A stretch of 41,801 nucleotides of DNA, taken from Alphaproteobacteria bacterium UBA2947. GTDB lineage: Bacteria; Pseudomonadota; Alphaproteobacteria; Rs-D84. Below, one piece after another: positions 1 through 7,952 of this stretch (its first letter is position 1; every line of letters begins with the position of its first letter). A model generated the notes under the pieces. It was not told where the DNA came from, made no database searches, and was given only the letters and a program-made list of their open reading frames with translations. The stretch covers positions 1-41,801 of the forward strand of contig DEBV01000004.1 in assembly GCA_002348925.1 (NCBI GenBank). Direction: 5' to 3'. The translations under genes and the position numbers were made by a program.

Positions 1-238
<238 letters not shown>

Positions 239-337
239 TATCTTATCGTTTGATTATTTCAAACGATATGCTTGAAGAGAGTGTTAAAGATTCTTGACAT
301 CAAAGATTTTTAGATTATTATATGTTCGCTGGATTTA

Positions 338-456
338 ATTCTGGTGATTATAGAGCGGACGAAACCCTCTGTTCCATTCCGAACCAGACAGGGAAAAGCC
401 GTATCGCCGATGGTACTTTGGCTTAAGCCACGGAAGAGTAGGTCGTCGCCAGAATT
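338..456 (+). rRNA. rrf: 5S rRNA
   Basis: Matches the 5S consensus: CCATTCCGAACCAGACAGGGAAAAGCCGTATCGCCGATGGTACTTTGG ... GGAAGAGTAGGTCGTCGCCAG. Helix I closes between ~341-347 and 446-452. It is embedded in a longer perfect 12-bp stem, 329-340 / 453-464. Ends +-3 nt. Confidence 0.88.
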
Positions 457-485
457 AAATCCAGATCGATATAAAAACCGTTTTT

Positions 486-511
486 GACCGCCGATGCAGG
501 CGGTTTTTTTA
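486..511 (+). terminator. Intrinsic terminator of the rrn operon
   Basis: Hairpin ACCGCC(487-492)/GGCGGT(499-504) followed by T7 (504-510), 20 nt after the 5S processing stem. Confidence 0.75.
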
Positions 512-531
512 TGGAAAAAAGGTTGAGTAAA

Positions 532-711
532 ATGACAAAAAAAGAATTTAAAGATACTTTTGAAACAGTTGGAATTGCGTTGATTTGTACTTTGTTCGTA
601 ATTTCTGCAAATAAAAAATGTTCAAATATGACGCAAAAAGAAACAACTGCAAAAACTGAAAAAGTACAGAATATAAAAAAGCATGCAACTGCATTACAAA
701 AAGTTAGATAA
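532..711 (+). CDS. Possible small membrane protein (59 aa), hypothetical
   Basis: ATG at 532 follows AAGGTTGAG. Product MTKKEFKDTFETVGIALICTLFVISANKK... has one hydrophobic helix and a Lys-rich tail. The ORF lies exactly between two intrinsic terminators. I recognise no homology. Confidence 0.25.
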   Translation: MTKKEFKDTFETVGIALICTLFVISANKKCSNMTQKETTAKTEKVQNIKKHATALQKVR

Positions 712-733
712 AACGCCAATACAGGCGTTTTTT
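711..733. terminator. Intrinsic terminator (bidirectional candidate)
   Basis: Hairpin ACGCC(713-717)/GGCGT(724-728) with an A-run before it and a T-run after it. It sits between the small + ORF and the 3' end of the - strand VIT1-like gene. Confidence 0.6.
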
Positions 734-1205
734 ATATCCCGAATATTTGACTGGCGATTTCCCCGATAAAGAAAGCAACAATTGAAACAACTGTGCAAAT
801 GGACAGCATTTCAAAAAAGTGATGATAAAATTTCTTGCCACGATAACAGCATTTGTTAAACCCAAATATTATAAATATTGCCATAAAAACAGTTGCTGTT
901 AATGTTGTCGCGCGGTTATTAAATACAAAGAACGGTAATATTAAAAATACGCAAGTCATCATATATGCACCACCCGTATAAAAAGCAGATTTTAACGCAA
1001 TTTTGCTATCTTTTGCTTTTGTTGCCAGATAGTTTGCAGCGCCCATAGATAAACTGGCGGTGATTGAAGAGATAATGCAAGAAATAATAATTATATTTGC
1101 ATCAGAAAAAGCAATGGAAAGACCAGCGATAAGTCCTGTTAAGGATACAATCGCATCATGCATACCCAAAATAATTGCGCCTTTGCAGTTAGAATCTTTA
1201 AACAT
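732..1205 (-). CDS. VIT1/CCC1-family (vacuolar iron transporter-like) membrane protein
   Basis: Multi-TM ORF. GMHDAIVSLTGLIAGL resembles the conserved start of the VIT1 membrane domain (PF01988). The 1256 start in the ORF track is a TTG. The first ATG (MFKDSNCKG...) is at 1205, 12 nt downstream of a TATAAT, so 1205 is used here. Confidence 0.7.
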   Translation of the reverse strand: MFKDSNCKGAIILGMHDAIVSLTGLIAGLSIAFSDANIIIISCIISSITASLSMGAANYLATKAKDSKIALKSAFYTGGAYMMTCVFLILPFFVFNNRATTLTATVFMAIFIIFGFNKCCYRGKKFYHHFFEMLSICTVVSIVAFFIGEIASQIFGI

Positions 1206-1327
1206 AGTTATTTGTTTATTATATTTTTTCAAACCTTGCCACAGGTATAAAATCAAAATATTTTGTTGATAATAAGAAAATATGCTCTATGATGAATTGT
1301 GAGAGAGAGCAAAAAAAGGTATTTAAT

Positions 1328-1702
1328 ATGAAAAAATTTGTTCTTTTATCTTTGGTTGCGTCATTGTTTTCAACAGTTGCAGTTGCAGATATTTATCGTG
1401 AAAGTGTAAATACTTGTGACGAACACGAAATGCGTGCCGCACTTGACAGAGCCGCCGCTGAAAAACGTGCTGTTATAACAATCGTAGAATGTGATAATGG
1501 CGTTGTTCGTACAATGGAAAAACCAGTATACAATGTAAAATCTGTTAAACCATGTGGTTGTGGTTGCGACAAAAAAGAAGAAGTTGTAAAACGTGAATAT
1601 TTTGTTCGTGAAACAGTGCAACAATACGAACCTGTTGTACAGTATGTTCCAACAACAACATACACTCGTGTTAAACCAGCATGTAATCATGGTTGCAATT
1701 AA
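1328..1702 (+). CDS. Small secreted Cys-motif protein, hypothetical
   Basis: ATG at 1328 lies 8 nt after AAAGG. Signal peptide MKKFVLLSLVASLFSTVAVA|D. The mature part has CGCGC and C-terminal CNHGCN motifs. The track start at 1289 is upstream of the signal peptide. Confidence 0.7.
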   Translation: MKKFVLLSLVASLFSTVAVADIYRESVNTCDEHEMRAALDRAAAEKRAVITIVECDNGVVRTMEKPVYNVKSVKPCGCGCDKKEEVVKREYFVRETVQQYEPVVQYVPTTTYTRVKPACNHGCN

Positions 1703-1920
1703 TACAAAATAAACCGCCCGAAGTCAGCCTTGTTCCGCGCGTAATTACGGGAATAGAGCCTTATAGACGGGCGGTCTTTTGCAACACCACTTTCCACAGT
1801 ATGTGGGGTATTGCTGGGTTCAGTTACTCAGGCTTCGTTATATACCTGCTGTGTTCTGAACAATACCATTATTTATTATTTTGGCTGTGATTTCCACAGG
1901 TACGTTTTCTTATTTTTGTT

Positions 1921-2475
1921 TTAGAATTTATAACCGAAGGAAAATCCTGCAAAATTAAATCCTTCGTTTTTATCTGTAAAATTGCCATTTGAAAAATGTA
2001 TTGTGGCAAATTCAATATTCCATCTTTCGTTTATATTTTTTCCGATAAAGAATTTTTCTTCAAATACCAGACGACTTTCAACCCAATAATCCATGTGGTC
2101 GCGCATAAAAGGCCCAATACCGATACCCATGTACCAGCCGTCATACTGCAACAGTGCGCTGTCTACAGAAATTCCAATACCAAAGAAAGATAAACCCCTG
2201 CTGGAATTATAAGCAAAATTTTGTCCGACATTTAAATTTAATCTTGAATCAAGACGAAAGAATTTTATTGGTTGGCTGTATTGTGCCATAACAAAGGTTT
2301 GTGGACTGATATCCCAAATACCAGGTTGAATCATTTTTAAAAGTGAACCTGAACCAGTACTCTGTGCACCATAAACGGTAATAGAATTTATTTTGTCGCC
2401 AAAAAACACATTGCTTTCTGCCATGACAGGAAGCGTCAATATGCTTGCACATAAAAAGGGAACAATTTTTTTCAT
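1921..2475 (-). CDS. PagL-like lipid A deacylase / acyloxyacyl hydrolase-type outer-membrane beta-barrel
   Basis: Signal peptide MKKIVPFLCASILTLPVMA. C-terminal FSFGYKF has the aromatic last residue typical of OM barrels. HFSNGN matches the His-x-Ser catalytic region of the PagL family (PF09411). SD AAAGAGG. Confidence 0.7.
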   Translation of the reverse strand: MKKIVPFLCASILTLPVMAESNVFFGDKINSITVYGAQSTGSGSLLKMIQPGIWDISPQTFVMAQYSQPIKFFRLDSRLNLNVGQNFAYNSSRGLSFFGIGISVDSALLQYDGWYMGIGIGPFMRDHMDYWVESRLVFEEKFFIGKNINERWNIEFATIHFSNGNFTDKNEGFNFAGFSFGYKF

Positions 2476-2570
2476 CCTTTAACCTCTTTCATGGTCGATT
2501 ATAGTATTTTTATTTATTGTGTGTCTAATAAAATGTGTTTGGTTTTTATGCCTGAACCTGTTTTTTATTG

Positions 2571-2599
2571 TTTACAGAATTCTATAAAAATGTTATAAT
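2571..2599 (+). promoter_or_regulatory. Sigma70-type promoter of the 2680 gene
   Basis: TTTACA (2571-2576), a 17-nt spacer, then TATAAT (2594-2599) with an upstream TG (TGtTATAAT, extended -10). Confidence 0.55.
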
Positions 2600-2679
2600 T
2601 TCCTTAAGCAAAGGAAGATTTTGCGTAAAAAACCTGAAATCAGGGCATTTTTACGTATAAAGATAAACGGGAGAAAACC

Positions 2680-4824
2680 ATGACTTTTCGCGTAAATACG
2701 AATTCATTAAAAAATGCGATGGGAACGATGTTCTTGTTGGCGGCTGCGTTTTTCGTATGTTCGACACTGATTTCAATGCGTTCTGTGTTCGCAGATCCAG
2801 TTGCCCCAGCAAATACATTGCCTGGGCGTTCTGGTCGGACCAGCCCACGTGCAGCACTTGAAAATCGTGCTGTCACAGCACGCACCACGGTTGCACAAAA
2901 TCAAGACGCAAGCAGAACAACAACTTCACGTGGTGGTTCTGCAAATCGTGTTGTCACTTCGCGCAGCAAAGTTTCCACGCGCCCAACAAGCACAACAACA
3001 ACGTCTTCTCGTGGTGTCACAGCGCGTAATCAGGTTGTAAAAAATTCCCGTTCAAATCGTGCTGTGCGTGCCAGAACAAGCACAACACCATCACGTGTCA
3101 GTGCAACAGGTACAATGATGGCAGGAAGTCGCGCAAGCACTTCAACTTCTTATTCTTATTTGGCCAGCAGTTTGTACACTGGTTCTTATTCGAACATAAT
3201 CGATTCCAGTACAGGTTTGATTTCAGCAGACGCATATTCAAATTGTATGGAAAGTTATTATACATGTATGGATGAAATCTGCACAGCCAGAAGTGATACC
3301 AAGGGTCGTTGTTCGTGCGCTGGACGTGCAACCAATTTCTTGGCGGCAGAAACAGCATTGGAAGAAGCCAATGAAGAACTTATAAAATTATCTGGTCAAT
3401 TATCTCTTTTGATTGCTACCAAGGGCAAAGGTGATGATTTGTCTGCTGCGTTTTCTTTGACAGATGCAGAAAAAGTTATGAATTGCGTTTCTTACAAAGA
3501 AGCAACAGATAAACAGGCATGGTGTGATGAACATCCAACCTTTACAGATTCTGGTACAGCTGCATCTTGCGGTATGCCAAGTTATTGTACATCTAATGAT
3601 TTCGGATTTGATATCAAGAACATAGATGGTTCTTCGTCTGATATTTTGTCCCAATTGAAAGCATGGGCAGACGCAAAAGATTTGGCAAAAGAATACACAA
3701 TGTCAGATACAAACGGTCTGTTGAATAAATACACAACTATTTCAGGTGTTGTAAATGGTTTGGTTGGTTTGAATGATTCTACGGATTTGGATGAAGCTTC
3801 GTTAGATTCTTTGGCAAACAAATGGGGATACAAGTTGTTTGAATATGCGCACAACAATGTTTGTGGTCGTGTATTAGATTCTTGCTTTAACGGTATTTAC
3901 GAAGCCTGTGGCACACCAGTTAGCGTGACAGATTCTGATGGTAAATCGCATACAAAATGTGCAAACGGTGCAACAACCAGTTGTCCATTTAATTACAACA
4001 GTTATATTTCTGTTGTGACCAGCGGTGACAACCAAGGTGATGTTAAATTAAATGAACGCAACAGTGGAAATACAACAACAACTTCGACTGCGGCATGTTT
4101 TGGTTATACGACTACGACAACATCGTCAACCGCAACACGTACAAGTACGACCACAACCACAGATCCTTATGCAACTTTGCGTGGACCTGTTGCTGATGCG
4201 CGTCGCAGCATAATGCAAAAATACTTGTTGGACGCAAATGCAGCGTGTGATGTTTATGGCAGTGCTTTGAAACAAACAGCACAAAACATAAATTATCAAA
4301 AGATTGCGGCAGAACAGGCATTGCAACAAAAACGTCTTGAATTCAAACAAGAAGAAGAAGCATCTGTTTTGGCAAACGCAACAACTGCAATCAACAACTT
4401 TAACGAATGTATAAGCGAAATTTGGGATTGTTACGAAGATTATGCAGACGAAGACAAATGGACAACTGCACGTATCAAGGCATATTGTTCACAAGTTTCA
4501 CAAGTTCCTCATTGTTATGAAACTATGATTTGTTCTCCGTTGAAATCGCAATATATCGCGGTTGTGGACAAACCAGATGTATCGTCTTGTAAAATTGTTG
4601 AAGACGGCGAAGCATATGATTACAGAAAAGATACTTGCCGTAACGTTGTGACAATAAGCGAAATCTTGTATGGAACAGGTACTGCGCCTTCATCAAATAC
4701 AACATCTGGAAACTCTGCGGGTATTCGTGAAGCATGCTTGCAAGAAGCGTTGAATTGCGGTACTGGTGCGCAATATTCTGACGAAGGTGGATGCTTGCGT
4801 GACTGGCGTAAGACATCTGATTAA
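2680..4824 (+). CDS. Large secreted Cys-rich / coiled-coil protein, family member A (714 aa), unknown function
   Basis: SD GGGAGAA. Signal peptide ...FLLAAAFFVCSTLISMRSVFA|DP. Arg/Val/Ser/Thr repeat region (AVTART, VVTSRS, GVTARN, AVRART). Cys motif CMESYYTCMDEICTARSDTKGRCSC. Predicted coiled coils and Thr-rich tracts. 26 Cys in the mature part by my count. Own promoter and terminator. Confidence 0.9.
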   Translation: MTFRVNTNSLKNAMGTMFLLAAAFFVCSTLISMRSVFADPVAPANTLPGRSGRTSPRAALENRAVTARTTVAQNQDASRTTTSRGGSANRVVTSRSKVSTRPTSTTTTSSRGVTARNQVVKNSRSNRAVRARTSTTPSRVSATGTMMAGSRASTSTSYSYLASSLYTGSYSNIIDSSTGLISADAYSNCMESYYTCMDEICTARSDTKGRCSCAGRATNFLAAETALEEANEELIKLSGQLSLLIATKGKGDDLSAAFSLTDAEKVMNCVSYKEATDKQAWCDEHPTFTDSGTAASCGMPSYCTSNDFGFDIKNIDGSSSDILSQLKAWADAKDLAKEYTMSDTNGLLNKYTTISGVVNGLVGLNDSTDLDEASLDSLANKWGYKLFEYAHNNVCGRVLDSCFNGIYEACGTPVSVTDSDGKSHTKCANGATTSCPFNYNSYISVVTSGDNQGDVKLNERNSGNTTTTSTAACFGYTTTTTSSTATRTSTTTTTDPYATLRGPVADARRSIMQKYLLDANAACDVYGSALKQTAQNINYQKIAAEQALQQKRLEFKQEEEASVLANATTAINNFNECISEIWDCYEDYADEDKWTTARIKAYCSQVSQVPHCYETMICSPLKSQYIAVVDKPDVSSCKIVEDGEAYDYRKDTCRNVVTISEILYGTGTAPSSNTTSGNSAGIREACLQEALNCGTGAQYSDEGGCLRDWRKTSD

Positions 4825-4828
4825 ATTG

Positions 4829-4857
4829 ACCGCCCAATCGGGCGGTATTTTTTTATT
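4829..4857 (+). terminator. Intrinsic terminator
   Basis: ACCGCCC(4829-4835) AATC GGGCGGT(4840-4846) followed by ATTTTTTT. Confidence 0.8.
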
Positions 4858-4887
4858 CAAAAAAATTCTGTAAACCAATCTTGCCAC

Positions 4888-4916
4888 TTTACAGCAAATC
4901 TTTTTTATGATAAAAT
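4888..4916 (+). promoter_or_regulatory. Sigma70-type promoter of the 4931 gene
   Basis: TTTACA (4888-4893), a 17-nt spacer, then TAAAAT (4911-4916) preceded by TG (TGaTAAAAT). The ATG at 4907 lies inside this promoter, which argues for the 4931 start. Confidence 0.5.
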
Positions 4917-4930
4917 TAAATGAAAGAGAG

Positions 4931-7033
4931 ATGAAGAATTTATCGCGCATTTTAACAGTATTACTCTGCTTTGCGCCTGTTGCGTACGCATCGGGTGCGC
5001 CTGTTGCAACAACTGCGGGGTCTAATTTAACTGCTTTTAACCCCAGCAATGCCAATAATAATCAGTGGGCAACTATGTCGAACGGACGTTATGATTCGGC
5101 AAATGCCCCAACTGCCAAGGCAGATTTTGGAAATTGTAATGCGTTGATTTTGCGCTGTGCACAACCAAAATGCAGTAATGGCGGTTGTTCAGAGGCATCT
5201 ATCGCTTCTGCGATTGTAAAGGGGTGTGTGCAATCCAATTCCAATTGTAAACAGTATGGCGATGATTTGGTTCAATATATGACTGCACAACTGGTTGCTT
5301 CATCAAACGCAAAGATAAACGAACAACAAGCGGCTGCGGCAAATGCGGCAGCAGAAGCGGCGCAACAACAATCTCAACAGCAGATGCAGCAAATGCAATA
5401 TCAGATGCAGCAGATGCAACAACAAATGGCACAACAGCAGGCTGAAAGCGCACAACAACTTCAAGAAGCGTTGGCACAACAGGCTGCACAAAATGCGGCT
5501 GCGATGGAAAGTATGAAATCTGCCGCAACAGATGCTGCCAAAGAAAACGAAGCGGGTGTATCGGCTTATCAACAAGAAGCAATTGACCGCGGAATTTCTG
5601 CAGATGTTATAGAGCGTCAAAAAATCACAGGTCAAATTATGACCGAAATTGAAAACGCCGAAGTATCGTTGAAAGAAGTCAAAGTTGCAATGAATAACGC
5701 GTTTGAATATGCGAAATGTGATGCGCGTGGAAATAATTGTTCTGGTCCAAAACGTGTAAAAAAATGGCGCGAATTGGCAACTGAATTTTTAGCCCCATAC
5801 GATAACACAATCGATAAAATCTATGATGCGCTGGTTATTGCTCAAACAGTGGGGATTGATTTATCGCAAATCTATATGATGCTTAACAATTCATGTAACC
5901 AATGGGGGCAATACCTTTGTCCGCAGATGAAAGATGGAATTGTTGTGTATCCTGATGTTGATACTGATTCTGACAAAAAACAAAAAACTTCACCAAAGGT
6001 TTGTGAAGGAGGGGATGAAAGTAAAAGATGTCGTCCGTGTACGTTGGTAAAGGTTTTAACAGAAAGCCAAGACGACCAAGATGCTGTTTATGCGGGTTGG
6101 GTAGATGCCGAATATTCAACAGACAATGGTAATACGACTGTTGTTGCGTGTGCGTCAGGTGCATTGAATTCTTCGAAATTGTTTGCGCGCAGAACAAAAA
6201 CCAAAAATGGCGCAGGCTTGGTTGATATAGATAAACTGGACACTTGGTTGCATCAGGTTGGAATTGATAAAACATATACAGATTTGTCTGTCAAACCCAC
6301 AAATTACTGTGGTGTGCTGTCAAGTTTAAAGGATGCTTTGACAAGGGCGGCTTTGGGTAAAAATATAGTTAAGGATCAGGCTTTATGTGTTTCAGACGTG
6401 GGGGGCACAGGACCAAAAGAAGACGAAAATTGCCCGTACATAAACCCGATATACGCAATTTGTGATACGCATCAGTATAATGCTAATGTGCCTGCTGGTC
6501 AGAAATTGAATTCTGATAAGATTGCAGAAATGAAAGAAATTATTGGTCTTAAAACCACTGTGATTTCACAACAGATGTATAAACAGTATGAATACCTTAA
6601 TGCGACATTGCGTCGTCTTAAAACTCAACTTGAAAAGGCGACGCTGACCGCAACATTGGAAGCCGCAGGTGCTAAATCCGAAGACGGTTCTTCATCTGGT
6701 GGTTTGCTGGGCAGTTCTTCGTCTAAGAATTCACAGTATGCAGATTGTTTTGGTAAAGATATTCAGAGTACTTTGTATTGTTTGCGTCAGAATTATGCGG
6801 CTTTGTCCAATCAAATAAACAATAAAAAATGTGATAAAAAAGCCAAGGCACAATTAAAGACAGACATCGGTCTAATAAATAGTTTGCTAACAAATGGTGT
6901 GACAGAATGTACAGATACTTCTTCAGTCGATAAATGTAGGGCTTGTCTTGGGTATTATAACGCAGGTTTGATTAAACTGGATGATGAAAATTTAGATCGC
7001 GAAGCTAAAAGACAAGGCAGATACAGAGATTAA
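4931..7033 (+). CDS. Large secreted Cys-rich / coiled-coil protein, family member B (700 aa), unknown function
   Basis: AAAGAGAG immediately upstream of ATG 4931. Signal peptide MKNLSRILTVLLCFAPVAYA|SG. Cys motif CNALILRCAQPKCSNGGC. Long Gln/Ala-rich predicted coiled coil (QQMQQMQYQMQQMQQQMAQQQ). Many paired Cys downstream. Confidence 0.9.
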   Translation: MKNLSRILTVLLCFAPVAYASGAPVATTAGSNLTAFNPSNANNNQWATMSNGRYDSANAPTAKADFGNCNALILRCAQPKCSNGGCSEASIASAIVKGCVQSNSNCKQYGDDLVQYMTAQLVASSNAKINEQQAAAANAAAEAAQQQSQQQMQQMQYQMQQMQQQMAQQQAESAQQLQEALAQQAAQNAAAMESMKSAATDAAKENEAGVSAYQQEAIDRGISADVIERQKITGQIMTEIENAEVSLKEVKVAMNNAFEYAKCDARGNNCSGPKRVKKWRELATEFLAPYDNTIDKIYDALVIAQTVGIDLSQIYMMLNNSCNQWGQYLCPQMKDGIVVYPDVDTDSDKKQKTSPKVCEGGDESKRCRPCTLVKVLTESQDDQDAVYAGWVDAEYSTDNGNTTVVACASGALNSSKLFARRTKTKNGAGLVDIDKLDTWLHQVGIDKTYTDLSVKPTNYCGVLSSLKDALTRAALGKNIVKDQALCVSDVGGTGPKEDENCPYINPIYAICDTHQYNANVPAGQKLNSDKIAEMKEIIGLKTTVISQQMYKQYEYLNATLRRLKTQLEKATLTATLEAAGAKSEDGSSSGGLLGSSSSKNSQYADCFGKDIQSTLYCLRQNYAALSNQINNKKCDKKAKAQLKTDIGLINSLLTNGVTECTDTSSVDKCRACLGYYNAGLIKLDDENLDREAKRQGRYRD

Positions 7034-7044
7034 AATCTTTTTCT

Positions 7045-7069
7045 CACCGCCCATGGCGGTGTTTTTTTT
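7045..7069 (+). terminator. Intrinsic terminator
   Basis: CACCGCC(7045-7051) CAT GGCGGTG(7055-7061) followed by T8. Confidence 0.8.
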
Positions 7070-7090
7070 AATTTTAAATTCTTGGGTAAT

Positions 7091-7208
7091 AACATTGTCA
7101 AAAACTCAGTGTCATGCTGAGCGAAGCGTGAGCATCCATTAACGAAAGCACAAGATTTGGTGTATATAGATTCTCACGCTCGTTTCACTCGCTCATAATG
7201 ACAATGTT
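7091..7208. repeat. 118-bp non-coding palindromic (MITE/REP-like) element
   Basis: Perfect 10-nt terminal inverted repeat AACATTGTCA (7091-7100) / TGACAATGTT (7199-7208). Inner imperfect inverted repeat GTCATGCTGAGCGAAGCGTGAG (7111-7132) versus the reverse complement of 7173-7202. No ORF. Confidence 0.55.
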
Positions 7209-7241
7209 GTATTTATTTGCATAAATTTTTCGACAAAATGG

Positions 7242-7269
7242 TTGACTTTTGGTATTTTTAATGTACAAT
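7242..7269 (+). promoter_or_regulatory. Sigma70-type promoter of rplU-rpmA
   Basis: TTGACT (7242-7247), a 16-nt spacer, then TACAAT (7264-7269). Confidence 0.5.
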
Positions 7270-7333
7270 TTGCATAAAATCTTGTGCAGATGCACAATTT
7301 TAAGTTAACAAAATAACCAAAAGAGAAAGTATA

Positions 7334-7633
7334 ATGGCTACATTTGCAATCTTTCAAACTGGTGGCAAACAATATCGCGTAAGCGAAGGTGATATTGTAA
7401 AAGTTGAAAAACTGAATGCAACTGGTTCGGTCACTTTTGACCAAGTATTAATGGTTGGTGATAAAGTTGGTACACCTTTTATCGAAGGTGCAACTGTTGT
7501 TGCTGACGTGTTGGAACAAAAACGTGATGACAAAGTTTTGGTGTTCAAGAAAAAACGCCGTCAAAACTATCGCAGAACTGCCGGTCATCGTCAGTTTATC
7601 ACTGTTTTGAAAATTAAATCAATCAAGGCCTAA
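7334..7633 (+). CDS. rplU: 50S ribosomal protein L21
   Basis: MATFAIFQTGGKQYRVSEGDIVKVEKL... is the canonical L21 N-terminus. SD AAGAGAAAG. Confidence 0.97.
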   Translation: MATFAIFQTGGKQYRVSEGDIVKVEKLNATGSVTFDQVLMVGDKVGTPFIEGATVVADVLEQKRDDKVLVFKKKRRQNYRRTAGHRQFITVLKIKSIKA

Positions 7634-7663
7634 TACGGACCCACGAACTTAAGGAGTTTAATT

Positions 7664-7930
7664 ATGGCACATAAGAAAGCAGGTTCTGCATCAACAAACG
7701 GACGCGATTCAGCTGGACGCAGATTGGGTGTTAAAAAATCTGGTGGCAGCCGCGTTATCCCAGGCAATATCATCATTCGTCAACGTGGAACTGCGGTTCA
7801 TCCTGGATTGAATGTTGGTATGGGTAAAGATCACACACTGTTTGCAAAAATCGCAGGTATTGTCACTTTCAAACGTGGCAACGGCGACAGAAAAACAGTT
7901 TCTGTTGTTCCAGAAACCGAAGCAAAATAA
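7664..7930 (+). CDS. rpmA: 50S ribosomal protein L27
   Basis: [25 protein letters not shown]...[22 protein letters not shown] is canonical L27. SD AAGGAG. Confidence 0.97.
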   Translation: MAHKKAGSASTNGRDSAGRRLGVKKSGGSRVIPGNIIIRQRGTAVHPGLNVGMGKDHTLFAKIAGIVTFKRGNGDRKTVSVVPETEAK

Positions 7931-7952
7931 TTTTTAAATATTTTGTTATTTT

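Noticed and set aside
423-719. 98-aa ORF on the - strand
   Set aside because: It overlaps the 3' part of 5S rRNA and two terminators. Its low-complexity hydrophobic translation comes from an A/T-rich spacer, and it has no SD.
4907-4930. Longer N-terminal extensions offered by the ORF track (4907, 1289, 1256 TTG, 14798, 18641 GTG, 27205)
   Set aside because: Each extension precedes a canonical signal peptide or anchor. Each also lies inside a promoter or terminator, or overlaps the neighbouring gene. The downstream ATGs have better SD or coupling geometry.
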